Translations under genes and position numbers: made by a program
Notes under the pieces: model-generated
Seen by the model: only the letters and a program-made list of their open reading frames with translations
Told to the model about the DNA's origin: nothing
Database searches by the model: none
Origin: Dehalococcoidia bacterium
GTDB taxonomy: Bacteria; Chloroflexota; Dehalococcoidia; UBA2979
DNA: 64,000 bases
Direction: 5' to 3'
Assembly: GCA_964291495.2 (NCBI GenBank)
Contig: OZ219871.1
Span: 768,001-832,000, forward strand
Part shown: positions 40,003 to 49,743 of the stretch, piece after piece
Layout of the letters: the number at the start of each line of letters is the position of its first letter
Numbering within the stretch: position 1 is the stretch's first letter

Positions 40003-42224
40003 GAATGTCCTCTAAGCGGCGCTACGACCTCGACGGTAGTTCGCCAAGGACTAGATGATGGTACGATCTCAACATCGCCGCCCCAAGCCTCTGCCAAGTC
40101 ACGGACTATCTTAAGGCCAAGACCGGTTCCTATCCCCAAAATAGGATCTGGCTGGCTCGTGGTAAAGAAAGGTTCAAATACAACATCCCTATTCTCGGGA
40201 GGGATGCCAACACCGGTGTCATGCACTCTGAGCGTGAACGTATCCTTCGTCATTTCCGCCTCCACGCGCACCCGACGCTCTGGGACGCCCTCCCGGACTG
40301 CCTTAAACGAGTTCGTCAGAAGGTTGAGCAGTACCGCGTACATCTCGGGCTCGTAGAGAGATGGTGTGCGCACAGCTGGTGGCACCTCGTTCTCTAGAGT
40401 GATGCTGAAGTGGTCTAAGTACTTGGCGAAGCCTCGCTCCAAGTTCTCGACCAACGGACGAACGGCGCGCGATCGCGGTCGTGTACGGGCTTCCGGGGCC
40501 AACAAGAGCCCTACCAGCGAGCCCTGGTCGAACGCCATCGTTGACCAAGACCGAAGATCGTCGAGTGCTTCCTGATAGCCGTCGAGATGTTCAGGCGGCA
40601 CATGGGTCGCGAGCAGCTCAAAGGCATCGCCAATTTCTCGGAGTTGCCTTGCCATGGTGCGAAGCATGTGATCGAAGACGACCACGGTGGTGCCGGCCGA
40701 AGCGAGTACGCGCAGCATCGACAGCTCCGAGGCTTGCGCGGCTGTCTCCTGGCGGAGGAGCGCCTCGGCCTCGTCGAGGGATGTCTCGATGGCTCGCCTT
40801 GCCTCATCGGGGATGGCCGCCTCGTGAACGACCGCACTCCGCAGGGACTGTAGAGCCTGGGCCACGCTCGCAGCTCCGTCCGAGTCGCCCGTCTCCCGTG
40901 GCCGATCGCGAGCTACCGCCGCCGCCTCGCGTGCGCGGCAGACCGTCATCCAGTCGATACCGTCTCGCACGAACTGCTTGAGCTGCTGAAAGCTGTCGTT
41001 TTGGACCAGCCGATCTCGGCCGATGCTCACCGCCAAGCCGGGGTTGTTCTCCCGGGAGATGGACACGGAGCCGAACAACTGCATATTGCCCGGCAACGAC
41101 AGCATTGGTCGATCGAGCCCTCCCGCTTCCGTCTCAAGCCACTTGGGAAGTTGAGCCTGCCTCCTGGCACGCTCTTGATCGAGGTCCAGCCAGTCGTCTC
41201 CCGGCGAACCGTATGAGAATACCTGGAAGCCGTCCAAGTAGACCCTGACCCCGCCTCTCGCACGTCCCAGGTCTCTCGCTTCCCTCAGGTTGTACCCTGA
41301 GCCCCTGAAACGCCCCCCCTGGTAGACCATCATTCGGATAGTGAAGGCGACTCTATGCAGGTCGGGAAACGAGCGCTCGTGCGGTTTGTGCTGAAGCAGA
41401 ATGTCAGTGTCAAGGAGATTGAGTTCATACTGGGGTTCCCCTCGATCGGTCACCGTGCCGGTGAGCAGCGCCCAAGCTGCTTCTAGGAACGGCTCCCCGA
41501 TGGCCCCCTCGAATCTTGGAAACTCTGGCGCGAGGATCTGTACCTCGAATCCTGGGTCAGCTTCATGGTCGTGATTCCGACGTACGTACCCGCCAAGTTC
41601 ATCCAGGTTCATCAAGTCACGGAACTCAGCCTGAAGCTCGGCCAGGTCCCCTTCGGTCCAACCATCTTTGAGTCCACTAAGGCGTAGGCTCGTTCCAGTT
41701 GGAAGCTCGTCATCGAGGAGCTCACGCGTAACGCTCGATGTCACATCGGCTAGATCGCGACCAGGCTCGAAGTCCTCCCAGTTGAACTCGGCCCTGATGC
41801 GCTCGGAGCCGCCCGACACGCTTGAAGTCGATTCGAGGGACAACCGAGACGCCAGCCGTCCACATGCGAATCGCCCTATGCCCTTCGCGCCAGTCCTCGG
41901 CCTGCCGAATCGCGTCGACCGCGCGTTTATCGTTGCATCGTTCGTCGCGATCCGCATCCAGCCCCGCTTCAGGGCCTCCAGAGTCATGCCCGAACCGTCG
42001 TCGAGCACCTCGATCGAACCCCGTGGACCTTTCACGTCCTCGAAACTCACAACGACCTCGGTCGCGTCGGCGTCGTAGGCGTTCTTGAGCAGCTCAGCGA
42101 GAGCCACCGAGCGGCGAGCGACCAGCCGTTCCCCCAACTCGATGAGCAGCGCAGCGTCGACATCGAAAGCTAGGCTGGTGGTTTCGCCTTCAGGCATCTT
42201 CTGTCCAGCCCTACGCGAAGTCAT
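39999..42224 (-). CDS. MORC/MutL-like GHKL ATPase fused to a histidine kinase
   Basis: N-terminal ELLKNAYDADA, DDGSGM, GAKGIGRFA, GTS. C-terminal H-box VFDHML, NLLTNS, DTGVGI, FEPFFTT, GTGLGL. No TM segments. Confidence 0.88.
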   Translation of the reverse strand: MTSRRAGQKMPEGETTSLAFDVDAALLIELGERLVARRSVALAELLKNAYDADATEVVVSFEDVKGPRGSIEVLDDGSGMTLEALKRGWMRIATNDATINARSTRFGRPRTGAKGIGRFACGRLASRLSLESTSSVSGGSERIRAEFNWEDFEPGRDLADVTSSVTRELLDDELPTGTSLRLSGLKDGWTEGDLAELQAEFRDLMNLDELGGYVRRNHDHEADPGFEVQILAPEFPRFEGAIGEPFLEAAWALLTGTVTDRGEPQYELNLLDTDILLQHKPHERSFPDLHRVAFTIRMMVYQGGRFRGSGYNLREARDLGRARGGVRVYLDGFQVFSYGSPGDDWLDLDQERARRQAQLPKWLETEAGGLDRPMLSLPGNMQLFGSVSISRENNPGLAVSIGRDRLVQNDSFQQLKQFVRDGIDWMTVCRAREAAAVARDRPRETGDSDGAASVAQALQSLRSAVVHEAAIPDEARRAIETSLDEAEALLRQETAAQASELSMLRVLASAGTTVVVFDHMLRTMARQLREIGDAFELLATHVPPEHLDGYQEALDDLRSWSTMAFDQGSLVGLLLAPEARTRPRSRAVRPLVENLERGFAKYLDHFSITLENEVPPAVRTPSLYEPEMYAVLLNLLTNSFKAVREGVPERRVRVEAEMTKDTFTLRVHDTGVGIPPENRDVVFEPFFTTSQPDPILGIGTGLGLKIVRDLAEAWGGDVEIVPSSSPWRTTVEVVAPLRGHS

Positions 42225-42355
42225 GATGGCTGTCGCAAGACTACCTCACGGACGGCACTGCTTCTTCGCGAGCGATAATCGCTGACTTGCTCTCGCAGTA
42301 TACTCTTTGCCGTGCCTACGACCGCAGCTCCTCCCCATAGCACGAGGCATCTAGG

Positions 42356-43396
42356 ATGACGACTGCCCAAACTCAGTCCCACCTCCAGCGGCATCAGCTC
42401 GAAGCCTGGGTTCCCGACGGGCTGGGCGGGTTCAGCGATGAGCAGACCGCCATCCCGAGCATTGCCCGTGATCCCGAACTCACCGCGAGGATCTCTGATG
42501 CGGTGGAGCGTATCCCCACCTCACACCGACTCTACCTCGGTGACTCGCGCGACCTTTCGGAGATCGAGTCGGGCAGCGTGCATCTCGTCCTAACATCGCC
42601 GCCGTACTGGACACTGAAGGAATACAGGGACTCCGCTGGTCAATTGGGATCGGTCGTCGACTACGAGCGCTTCCTCTCCGAACTCGATCGTGTGTGGCGC
42701 GAGTGCTTCAGGTTGCTCGCCCCTGGGGGGCGCCTCGTTTGCGTCGTGGGCGATGTTCTGCTGTCCCGCCGACGGAACAACGGCCGGCACGTGGTCGTCC
42801 CGCTGCACGCGTCGATCCAGACCCACTGCCGTAGCCTAGGTTTCGACAACCTTGCCCCGATTATCTGGCACAAGATAGGGAACGCCGATTACGAGGCCGG
42901 CGGCGGCGGCTTCCTCGGGAAGCCGTACGAACCGAACGCCATCGTCAAGAACGACATCGAACATATCCTCTTTCAACGCAAGCCAGGCGGGTACCGGAGT
43001 CCCTCATTCGCCATGCGGCTGATGTCGGTCATTCCGGCGGAGGATCATCGAAGGTGGTTCCGGCAGGTGTGGACGGATGTGACCGGGGCCTCCACCAAGC
43101 TGCACCCGGCCCCGTTCCCCCTGGAGCTGGCAGACCGGCTGGTCCGCATGTTCAGCTTCGTCGGCGATACGGTGCTCGATCCCTTCCTCGGTACGGGCAC
43201 GACGAGCCTGGCCGCGTCGCGCAGTGGACGTAACAGCGTAGGCGTGGAGATAGCTGACGACTACCTCAACCTTGCCGCAGCCTCCTTGCGGCAAGAGGCG
43301 CTCCATCCCCACCGACGGATGGAGATTGAGGTCACCGAGCTGGGTAGCGCTAGTGCAGTCCCCGATCTCACGGATGAGGAAGTCCTGTCACCATGA
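42356..43396 (+). CDS. Site-specific DNA methyltransferase, beta class (probably N4-cytosine)
   Basis: TSPPY before HPAPFP and LDPFLGTGTT. Confidence 0.92.
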   Translation: MTTAQTQSHLQRHQLEAWVPDGLGGFSDEQTAIPSIARDPELTARISDAVERIPTSHRLYLGDSRDLSEIESGSVHLVLTSPPYWTLKEYRDSAGQLGSVVDYERFLSELDRVWRECFRLLAPGGRLVCVVGDVLLSRRRNNGRHVVVPLHASIQTHCRSLGFDNLAPIIWHKIGNADYEAGGGGFLGKPYEPNAIVKNDIEHILFQRKPGGYRSPSFAMRLMSVIPAEDHRRWFRQVWTDVTGASTKLHPAPFPLELADRLVRMFSFVGDTVLDPFLGTGTTSLAASRSGRNSVGVEIADDYLNLAAASLRQEALHPHRRMEIEVTELGSASAVPDLTDEEVLSP

Positions 43397-44328
43397 ACCC
43401 GCAGCCGCGTCCGTTCCGGGACGCCGTTGAGTACTTCTGGAGGAGCAGGAAGCGGTTCGAAGGCGACGAGAGCGTTGCATTCGCCGGCCGCCGGCAGGAG
43501 GTTGTGGGCGGCAGTCACTTCAACGAATTCCTCGCGACGCTGCGCGAACTGTTGATATCGGCCGACGTGCCGCAGGAGTCCGTGTTCTATCGCCGACGCC
43601 TTACGTTACTTCCGGGCTACTTCCGCGCCACGAAGATGTGGGACCTGCTGGTTGTTTCCGACGGGGAGCTCCAAGCGGTCGTCGAGTTGAAGGCTCAGGT
43701 TGGACCGTCATTTGGGAACAACGCGAACAATCGGGCAGAGGAGGCGTTGGGGAACGCGGTCGACCTCTGGACCGCGTATCGCGACGGCGCGTACAGCGCG
43801 AACCCCGCGCCCTGGGTGGGGTACCTGTTCTTGCTGGAGGATTGTGACGCGACTCGGCGTCCCCTCCGGACCGACGAACCTCACTTTCCCGTTCTCGGGG
43901 ACTTCCGGGGCGCCTCCTACGCGAAGCGGTATGAGTTCCTCCTCCGCCGCATGGTGATCGAGCGCCACTACTCCTCGGCCTGTCTGCTGCTGTCCGAGCC
44001 CCGCCTCGCAGCAAACGACCGTAACTACACAGAGCCCGCGCCCGACTTGAGCGCCGCTAGGTTCATCGATGGACTATTGCGCCGTTGCTCCCCGCTCGTA
44101 GGGCTAGGAGGAGCTCCATCGAAGACAGGCAATGGTGCCCTGAGGGCGGCGTCAACGATCTGGTCGCTCGGCGGAGCCTTTGTCGTCCTGCGAGAGACGG
44201 GCGTGCCCACGTCGGGAGTGTGCCAGGAGAGACTGGTGGGCGGCCGGGGCACACGTCTGCCAAGACGACTTTCGCAGGGGTGGCGGGGTACATACCACTC
44301 CGCTACTACGACGCAAGGGAGTAGATAA
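43393..44328 (+). CDS. XhoI/PaeR7I-family type II restriction endonuclease
   Basis: LPGYFRATKMWDLLV, ELKAQVGPSFGNNANNRAEEALG, PWVGY, SYAKRY. ATGA overlap with the MTase. The last ~75 aa look non-homologous. Confidence 0.88.
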   Translation: MNPQPRPFRDAVEYFWRSRKRFEGDESVAFAGRRQEVVGGSHFNEFLATLRELLISADVPQESVFYRRRLTLLPGYFRATKMWDLLVVSDGELQAVVELKAQVGPSFGNNANNRAEEALGNAVDLWTAYRDGAYSANPAPWVGYLFLLEDCDATRRPLRTDEPHFPVLGDFRGASYAKRYEFLLRRMVIERHYSSACLLLSEPRLAANDRNYTEPAPDLSAARFIDGLLRRCSPLVGLGGAPSKTGNGALRAASTIWSLGGAFVVLRETGVPTSGVCQERLVGGRGTRLPRRLSQGWRGTYHSATTTQGSR

Positions 44329-44752
44329 TGATCCCAAGGAAGAGCGCCCCGAACATCATGGGCATAATCGTCTCTACCACCGAGAGTTTCCAATACCGAT
44401 TGCTCTTAGTGCCCGCCGATTCCGGGTCCCACTCCATCGTGAAGAACTGATACGGCAAGCGCGTCTCCATGTCGTGAAGCACGCGAAACTTCTCTGTGTT
44501 GAGTTGCCGGTACGATCGGAGAACGATGTACCACGACGCCGACACGATCAGACCACAAATTCCGATCGCGAGGATCACGATGGCATCGAGCGTCCGGTCC
44601 TCGCTGAATCTGATGAGGGTTCCGAGGAATACTACGAGAGCCACAGCGATGCTGACGTGAAGTCGGTTGGCTCCTTCTCGTCGTTGACTCACGCGGTCGG
44701 TGAGCTCAGCGTGGAGCTTGTATAGGTCCACATACGTGTCGGTCTCTGTCAC
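44306..44752 (-). CDS. Small 3-TM membrane protein (RipA/octameric-membrane-protein-like), putative effector
   Basis: YKL..E.TDRVSQRR..AN, 2 TM segments, W...SYRQLN..KF..LHDME.RLP, terminal TM. GTG start overlaps the TIR stop (GTGA). Confidence 0.72.
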   Translation of the reverse strand: MTETDTYVDLYKLHAELTDRVSQRREGANRLHVSIAVALVVFLGTLIRFSEDRTLDAIVILAIGICGLIVSASWYIVLRSYRQLNTEKFRVLHDMETRLPYQFFTMEWDPESAGTKSNRYWKLSVVETIMPMMFGALFLGIIIYSLAS

Positions 44753-45159
44753 ACGAGTTCTCGGATGCCCTTGACGATGCTCTCGGTGTTCCATCCAACG
44801 ACTTTGTCAGCCGTTTCCCGCACTCTGTCCGAGATGCGTTGGTTAGCCCAGGGCCGTACGGCGAGCACCGGCTTCTCTGACGTGAAACCGTTCTTTGCGA
44901 GGTCGAGCTCAATGTTGATCCACTTGCTGTAGGTGGCATAGACGCCCGCTAAGACAACCACGACCTGACAAGGGGCCATCTGCCTGCGAATCGCGTTGCG
45001 CAGTTCGGTCTGGTTCCTCGCATTGTGAATCGGGTCCTCTGGGGGGACCGAGTAGTCTCTGAACGAGAAATAGCGCCGTCGGTCGAGGAGGTTGATGAAT
45101 CGATCGTACGAATCGCTGTGACGCCACGAGTGACTGACGAACAGATTGTATGTGTTCAC
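44749..45159 (-). CDS. Stand-alone TIR domain protein (MTH538/DUF1863, ThsB-like)
   Basis: LFVSHSW, DYSVP, VVVVLAG, SKWINIEL (catalytic Glu position), KPVLAV, VGWN. Confidence 0.88.
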   Translation of the reverse strand: MNTYNLFVSHSWRHSDSYDRFINLLDRRRYFSFRDYSVPPEDPIHNARNQTELRNAIRRQMAPCQVVVVLAGVYATYSKWINIELDLAKNGFTSEKPVLAVRPWANQRISDRVRETADKVVGWNTESIVKGIRELV

Positions 45160-45550
45160 TGCTTCTTTCTCCCGTGCCCTGCCTTGTGCCTCAAGGGTCA
45201 GTACTGCTCGGTAAGCTGCGCCAGCCGCGCCCTCGATTCCTCGATGCTCGGCGTTCGGCGAAACCGACCTGCTTCAGACAATCATGTCCTGGGGCGGAGC
45301 GCCTGCCCAATCCCGTCTGCCTCATGGGTCGCAGTCTCCCTGAATGGACAGCCAGCCACAATCACGGCCTCCACCAATGCCACCGGGTCACGGGCGCACG
45401 ATGGCGCTGCTCCCGACCCATCTAGACGCCCTGCGGGCCCAGCCATGCTGGATATCCCGCGAGGACATCCATGGCACGCAAGAAGGCTGCCGCACATCGA
45501 AGGAGGGGAGGGCACCGCCGTCGGCGATGCCCTCCCTCTTGCGTGTCGGG

Positions 45551-47791
45551 CTAGCCTCTCTCGCCGACCCGCTCCGCCTCGCGCTCCCGCTTCAGTGCCC
45601 ACTCGAACAGGGAGAGCGTTGGGGCTTCGTCCCGGCGCTTGCGCGGCGGCTCCTCCGGCTCCGCGGCCATGAACTCCGCCCACGAGAACAGCGTGCGCTG
45701 CGGCCCCGAGTCCACGATAGCCTCGACGGCCACCGTGTCCGCGACCGGCTCCGGCTCGGGCGCGTGCCAGCCCTCGTCGACCAGCAGCGCCTCGGCCTCA
45801 GCCGCGACCTGCCGCGCCTGCTCGAAGAACGACTCGACCGAGCCGGCCTCCTCCTCGCCCGCGACGATCTTCCTCGCCAGGGCGATCAGGAGGTCGTCAC
45901 CGTCGTCCCCGTAGGCGGCGAGGCCGTCCTCCGGCAGCTCCCCCTCGACGGCGAGCGACGACTGGAGCTTCTGCGCCACGAGCTTGAGGGCGTCGGCCTG
46001 GAGGGTGTTCCGGTAGGCCATGAAGACGACCTGGACGGGCTCGCTCTGCCCGATCCGCCAGGAACGCCGTGACGCCTGCCGCATGGTGTAGACGGAGTAG
46101 TCCGTCTCGTACCAGCAGATCGTCGGGAACTCCACGAGATCGAGACCCGTCTGCACCAGCCGCGGGTGGCAGACGAGCACGTCGACGCCCTCCTCGACGC
46201 GCTTCGCCACCCACGCCTCGCGGCGCTCGGGCGGCACCGCGTCGGCCTTCATCACCGCGACCCGGAAGCCGTGGCGGGAGAGGAACTCCTCCATCCGCCC
46301 GGTGATGTCGCGCGTGCCCGTGTGCGTGGCGTAGACGAGCACCCGGCGTCCAGCCAGCCGCTCGGCGGCCACGAGGTCGACGAGCGCCCGCTCCTTCGGG
46401 TAGAGCCGGTCCTCGGGAAGCGGCGGCACCTGCACGAGCAGCTCCTCCGACTCCGGGTCGAAGACGGTCTCGCCCTGCGTGCAGCCGTCGGGGTAGGCGA
46501 GCAGCGTCTGCAGGTAGGTGGCGAGCAGCCGCCGCGAGCCCTTCGAGAGGGCGTCGGCGAGCGCTGCCCTGAGCGCCCCGTAGAGCTCGTCGTAGCCCGC
46601 GCGCTGCGAGAGCCCATTCCCGTCCGGCTCCGTATCCATCGAGGAGAGCAGCACGCGCTCCTCGTAGGGCGGAAGGCCCGAGGCGACGTCGGAGAGCCGC
46701 AAGAAGACGCTGTTCCCGATGAGGTGGAAGAGCGCGGCGGGGGCGAGCCCCGGCCGCTCGCGCACCACCTTGCGGTAGCGCTTGCGGCGGCTCGTGCGCC
46801 CGTCCTCGAAGGAGTCCGGGTCGTCTTTGCCGATGGTGTGCTCGACGAAGCCGTAGCGCTCGATCCAGCGGCTCTCCTCGGAGCGCCCGAACTCCGTGCG
46901 GATCTCCGGGCTGAACCGGTAGAGCAGGTGGAAGAGCGTCGAGGAGTAGCCTCCCATCAGGGTGCCCGAGAGCGAGAGCGACTTGCCGCAGGCGTCGGCG
47001 AGGACGCCGGCGGCGATGCCCTGGGCGGAGCCTCGCGCCTTGAACTCGTGGACCTCGTCGCCGATCAGCAGCTCGAAGAAGCCCCTCAGGCGGTGCTTCA
47101 CGTAGTCGCTGAGCGGGTAGCGCTTCGGTCCCGAGTTGTCGGCCTGCCAGAGGGCGGAGCCGCACTCGCCGCAGGTGCGCTTGCGGCGGGCGAGGTCGCG
47201 GCCAAGCAGCGGGACGCCGTCCTTGTCCACGACCTGCTCGTGGCAGTCCGGGCAGCAGGGCACCCGCAAGGGCTCGCCCGTCTCCTCGTCGCGCACGAGC
47301 CGGCCGCCGGACGTGGCCCAGCGCTGCACCACGGCGGGCTGCCAGCGGTACGAGAGCTTGGCGCGCTCGCGCGACATGATCGCGAAGAGCGGACCGGGGC
47401 CTGCCATGGCGCGCAGGCGCTCGAGGTCGGTGATCGAGGCGACGATGACGGCGCGGGCGCCGGGCACCGTCTCCTCGACCTCGCGCTTCCACTTGCGGGT
47501 CAGATGCGGGGGGCAGAGCACGAGCACCCGGCGGAAGCCGGCCATGTGGGCCGCCGAGGCGGCGATGAAGGTCTTGCCTGTGCCCATCTCGCCGACGACC
47601 GTGGTGCCGCGCTGCGCCTCAAGCGAGAGCGCCGCGCCGCGGATGGCATCGGCCTGCGCGCCCAGTGGGGCGCGCAGCAGGCGGGGGAGTGGGCGGCCCT
47701 GCTCCGAGGGCCGGTAGCGGGGCGGGTAGGACTCCACCACCCGCCGGGCGATGGCGTCACGGTAGGTGTCGATGAATTCGGCCAGGTCCAT
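45551..47791 (-). CDS. SF2 (SNF2/DEAD-like) helicase with Zn fingers, ICE backbone
   Basis: GEMGTGKT, DEVHE, LSGT, TGLDL, QASRRSWRIGQ; CPDC/CGEC. Confidence 0.9.
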   Translation of the reverse strand: MDLAEFIDTYRDAIARRVVESYPPRYRPSEQGRPLPRLLRAPLGAQADAIRGAALSLEAQRGTTVVGEMGTGKTFIAASAAHMAGFRRVLVLCPPHLTRKWKREVEETVPGARAVIVASITDLERLRAMAGPGPLFAIMSRERAKLSYRWQPAVVQRWATSGGRLVRDEETGEPLRVPCCPDCHEQVVDKDGVPLLGRDLARRKRTCGECGSALWQADNSGPKRYPLSDYVKHRLRGFFELLIGDEVHEFKARGSAQGIAAGVLADACGKSLSLSGTLMGGYSSTLFHLLYRFSPEIRTEFGRSEESRWIERYGFVEHTIGKDDPDSFEDGRTSRRKRYRKVVRERPGLAPAALFHLIGNSVFLRLSDVASGLPPYEERVLLSSMDTEPDGNGLSQRAGYDELYGALRAALADALSKGSRRLLATYLQTLLAYPDGCTQGETVFDPESEELLVQVPPLPEDRLYPKERALVDLVAAERLAGRRVLVYATHTGTRDITGRMEEFLSRHGFRVAVMKADAVPPERREAWVAKRVEEGVDVLVCHPRLVQTGLDLVEFPTICWYETDYSVYTMRQASRRSWRIGQSEPVQVVFMAYRNTLQADALKLVAQKLQSSLAVEGELPEDGLAAYGDDGDDLLIALARKIVAGEEEAGSVESFFEQARQVAAEAEALLVDEGWHAPEPEPVADTVAVEAIVDSGPQRTLFSWAEFMAAEPEEPPRKRRDEAPTLSLFEWALKREREAERVGERG

Positions 47792-47979
47792 GGTGTGTGT
47801 CTCCTTCTCCTGTGAGGGACGACACCGGGTCCTGGACGCACTACCCCCATCCCCGTGCAGCAGGGGAAGGTTGAGTGTAAGAAGCCATGGAACCGTCCCC
47901 CTTTCTGTGGTCGGTGCGAGGCCCGCCGCTCCGGTAGGGGAGACGGCGGGTCTCGTGTGAGTGCCGCTCGTGCGAGCGG

Positions 47980-49017
47980 TCAGGCGGCGATGTCAGTGAT
48001 CTCGCCGAGATCGAGGTCGAGCGCGACGACGGTCGTGCGCAGCCGCTCCCGGTAGACCTCCTTCGCGCGCGTGGTCTCGACGAGCAGCATCTCCTTCGAG
48101 GTGCGGCCCTTCACGAGGATGCGCCCGTCCTCGCCCTCGAGCTGGAGGTTGTCGAGGAAGCCGGCCGCCACCAGCATCGCCAGGTGCCCGCGCCGCAGCG
48201 GCATGAGCGGCCTGGTGCGCTGGTCTTCCGCCGGCCAGAGCGCGTCGGTGACGGTCGTGCTGACCCAGAGCCCGGAGCGGCGCGACTCCTCGGCCGCCGC
48301 CACGGGGTCGACCGTGCGGGTGGCGAAGAGCACCTCCCCGTCCGCCGTCGCTGGGGCGTTGTAGACCGGGTAGCGATGCGGGTGCAGCTCATCGAGGTTC
48401 CCCTCGATCGCCTCCTGCAGCGCCACGGCCGCGTACTGGTCGTACATCGCCTCCGCCTTGCGGATGCCGGTTACGACCACCTGGTCGAAGGCCTCGCGCT
48501 CCGGCTCGGGGAAGGCCCAGACGCGCAGGCTCCGGTAGTGCGAGGCGAGGTAGCGGGCGCACTCCGCCAGCCGCCGCCTGGGCACCACGAACACCAGCAG
48601 CCCCTGCTCGCAGAGGTAGCGCGTGCAGTGCCGGAGGAAACGCATCTCGACGCGCTTCTCCTCCTCCCCCGAGTCATCGTCGTACGGCGGGTTCAGGTAG
48701 AGCAGCCCGAAGGCCCCGTTGGCGATCGCGGTCTGGAAGAGGTCCGTGCCCAGCGCGTGGTCGAGGCGCGCTTCCGCTTCCTTGGCGCGCTCGGCGTGGA
48801 GCTCCACCCCGAAGGTCTCCACCGAGGCCCCGTCGGGGCGCCCGATGCGCGAGGCGAGGTCGGCCAGCGCCTCCCCGGCCCCGCAGCAGGGGTCGAGGAT
48901 GCGCAGCGTGGTCTCGCCCCGCGTGACCGTGCGAGCCTGCATGAGGCTCGCGACCAGCTCGACGACCCGAGGCGGCGTCGGGTAGAAGCCTCCCTTGAAC
49001 TGCGCGGCCAGTCTCAT
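47980..49017 (-). CDS. Class I SAM-dependent (m6A) methyltransferase, DUF6094-like
   Basis: GFYPTP, LDPCCGAG, YLNPPY, RPLMPLRRGHLA. Confidence 0.85.
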   Translation of the reverse strand: MRLAAQFKGGFYPTPPRVVELVASLMQARTVTRGETTLRILDPCCGAGEALADLASRIGRPDGASVETFGVELHAERAKEAEARLDHALGTDLFQTAIANGAFGLLYLNPPYDDDSGEEEKRVEMRFLRHCTRYLCEQGLLVFVVPRRRLAECARYLASHYRSLRVWAFPEPEREAFDQVVVTGIRKAEAMYDQYAAVALQEAIEGNLDELHPHRYPVYNAPATADGEVLFATRTVDPVAAAEESRRSGLWVSTTVTDALWPAEDQRTRPLMPLRRGHLAMLVAAGFLDNLQLEGEDGRILVKGRTSKEMLLVETTRAKEVYRERLRTTVVALDLDLGEITDIAA

Positions 49018-49679
49018 CTCGTGTCTCCTTTCGCTCCGTTCATTCGGATGTGCTGCGCGCCCTCATCGGGCGGCAGCGTGAGCAGTCCCGAGCCGACCGC
49101 CACCGAGAGGTCTTCCCGGAGGGCCTCGGCGTCGGGTGTGCAGCGCCAGGCGTGGACGCCCGACGCCTGCAGCGCCGAGATCTCGCCCTTCGCCAACCCC
49201 CGCCGCCACAGCCACTCCGCCCAGCTGCGGTGCAGCGGGAGGGGACTGCGGCGGTCGAGGAAGCGGTGGTGCAGGGCGGGCGCCTCCGCCTCGCCGGGGG
49301 CGAGCAGCAGGAAGGCGTCCCGCTCGAAGGCGTACTCCGCCATGCGCGTGTAGACCATGGCGTGCCAGCCCCCGCTCACCGGCAGGCGGGCGATCTTCGT
49401 GGTCCACGTGCCGATGGTCTCGTGCGGGACCTCGCAGCGGTGGAAGCCGCCCGAGAGCGCGAGCCCGTTGGCGCCGGCGAGCAGGTGGGCGCTCTCCGGC
49501 GGTCGCTTGAGGAGGGCGGCCCAGATCGCCTTGAGGGCGGACTGGGCGCCGACCATGGAGAGGAACCAGAGGCCCCCCGAGTCGGGGTCGCGGGCGAAGG
49601 CGTCGGCCGTGGCCGAGAATCCGCCCGCGCTGATCGTGTACAGGTCGTCCGGGTTGATGGCGGCGTCGGCCGCGAGCAT
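49014..49679 (-). CDS. Hypothetical protein, ICE backbone
   Basis: AGGAG RBS; LWFLSMVG, PLHRSWAEWLW; ATGA overlap with the MTase. Confidence 0.8.
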   Translation of the reverse strand: MLAADAAINPDDLYTISAGGFSATADAFARDPDSGGLWFLSMVGAQSALKAIWAALLKRPPESAHLLAGANGLALSGGFHRCEVPHETIGTWTTKIARLPVSGGWHAMVYTRMAEYAFERDAFLLLAPGEAEAPALHHRFLDRRSPLPLHRSWAEWLWRRGLAKGEISALQASGVHAWRCTPDAEALREDLSVAVGSGLLTLPPDEGAQHIRMNGAKGDTR

Positions 49680-49743
49680 CTGCTGTCTCCTTCCGGTAGG
49701 GGATGGGTGGGTGCGCGGGGCGGGAGCCCGTGTGCCGCGGCGC

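Noticed and set aside
44306-45159. Canonical Thoeris or CBASS
   Set aside because: No ThsA (SIR2/SLOG or Macro) and no cyclase; reported as a non-canonical pair instead.
45551-49017. DISARM/BREX-type system from helicase + MTase
   Set aside because: No DrmB/DrmC or PglZ/BrxC genes; this pair is a common ICE backbone module.
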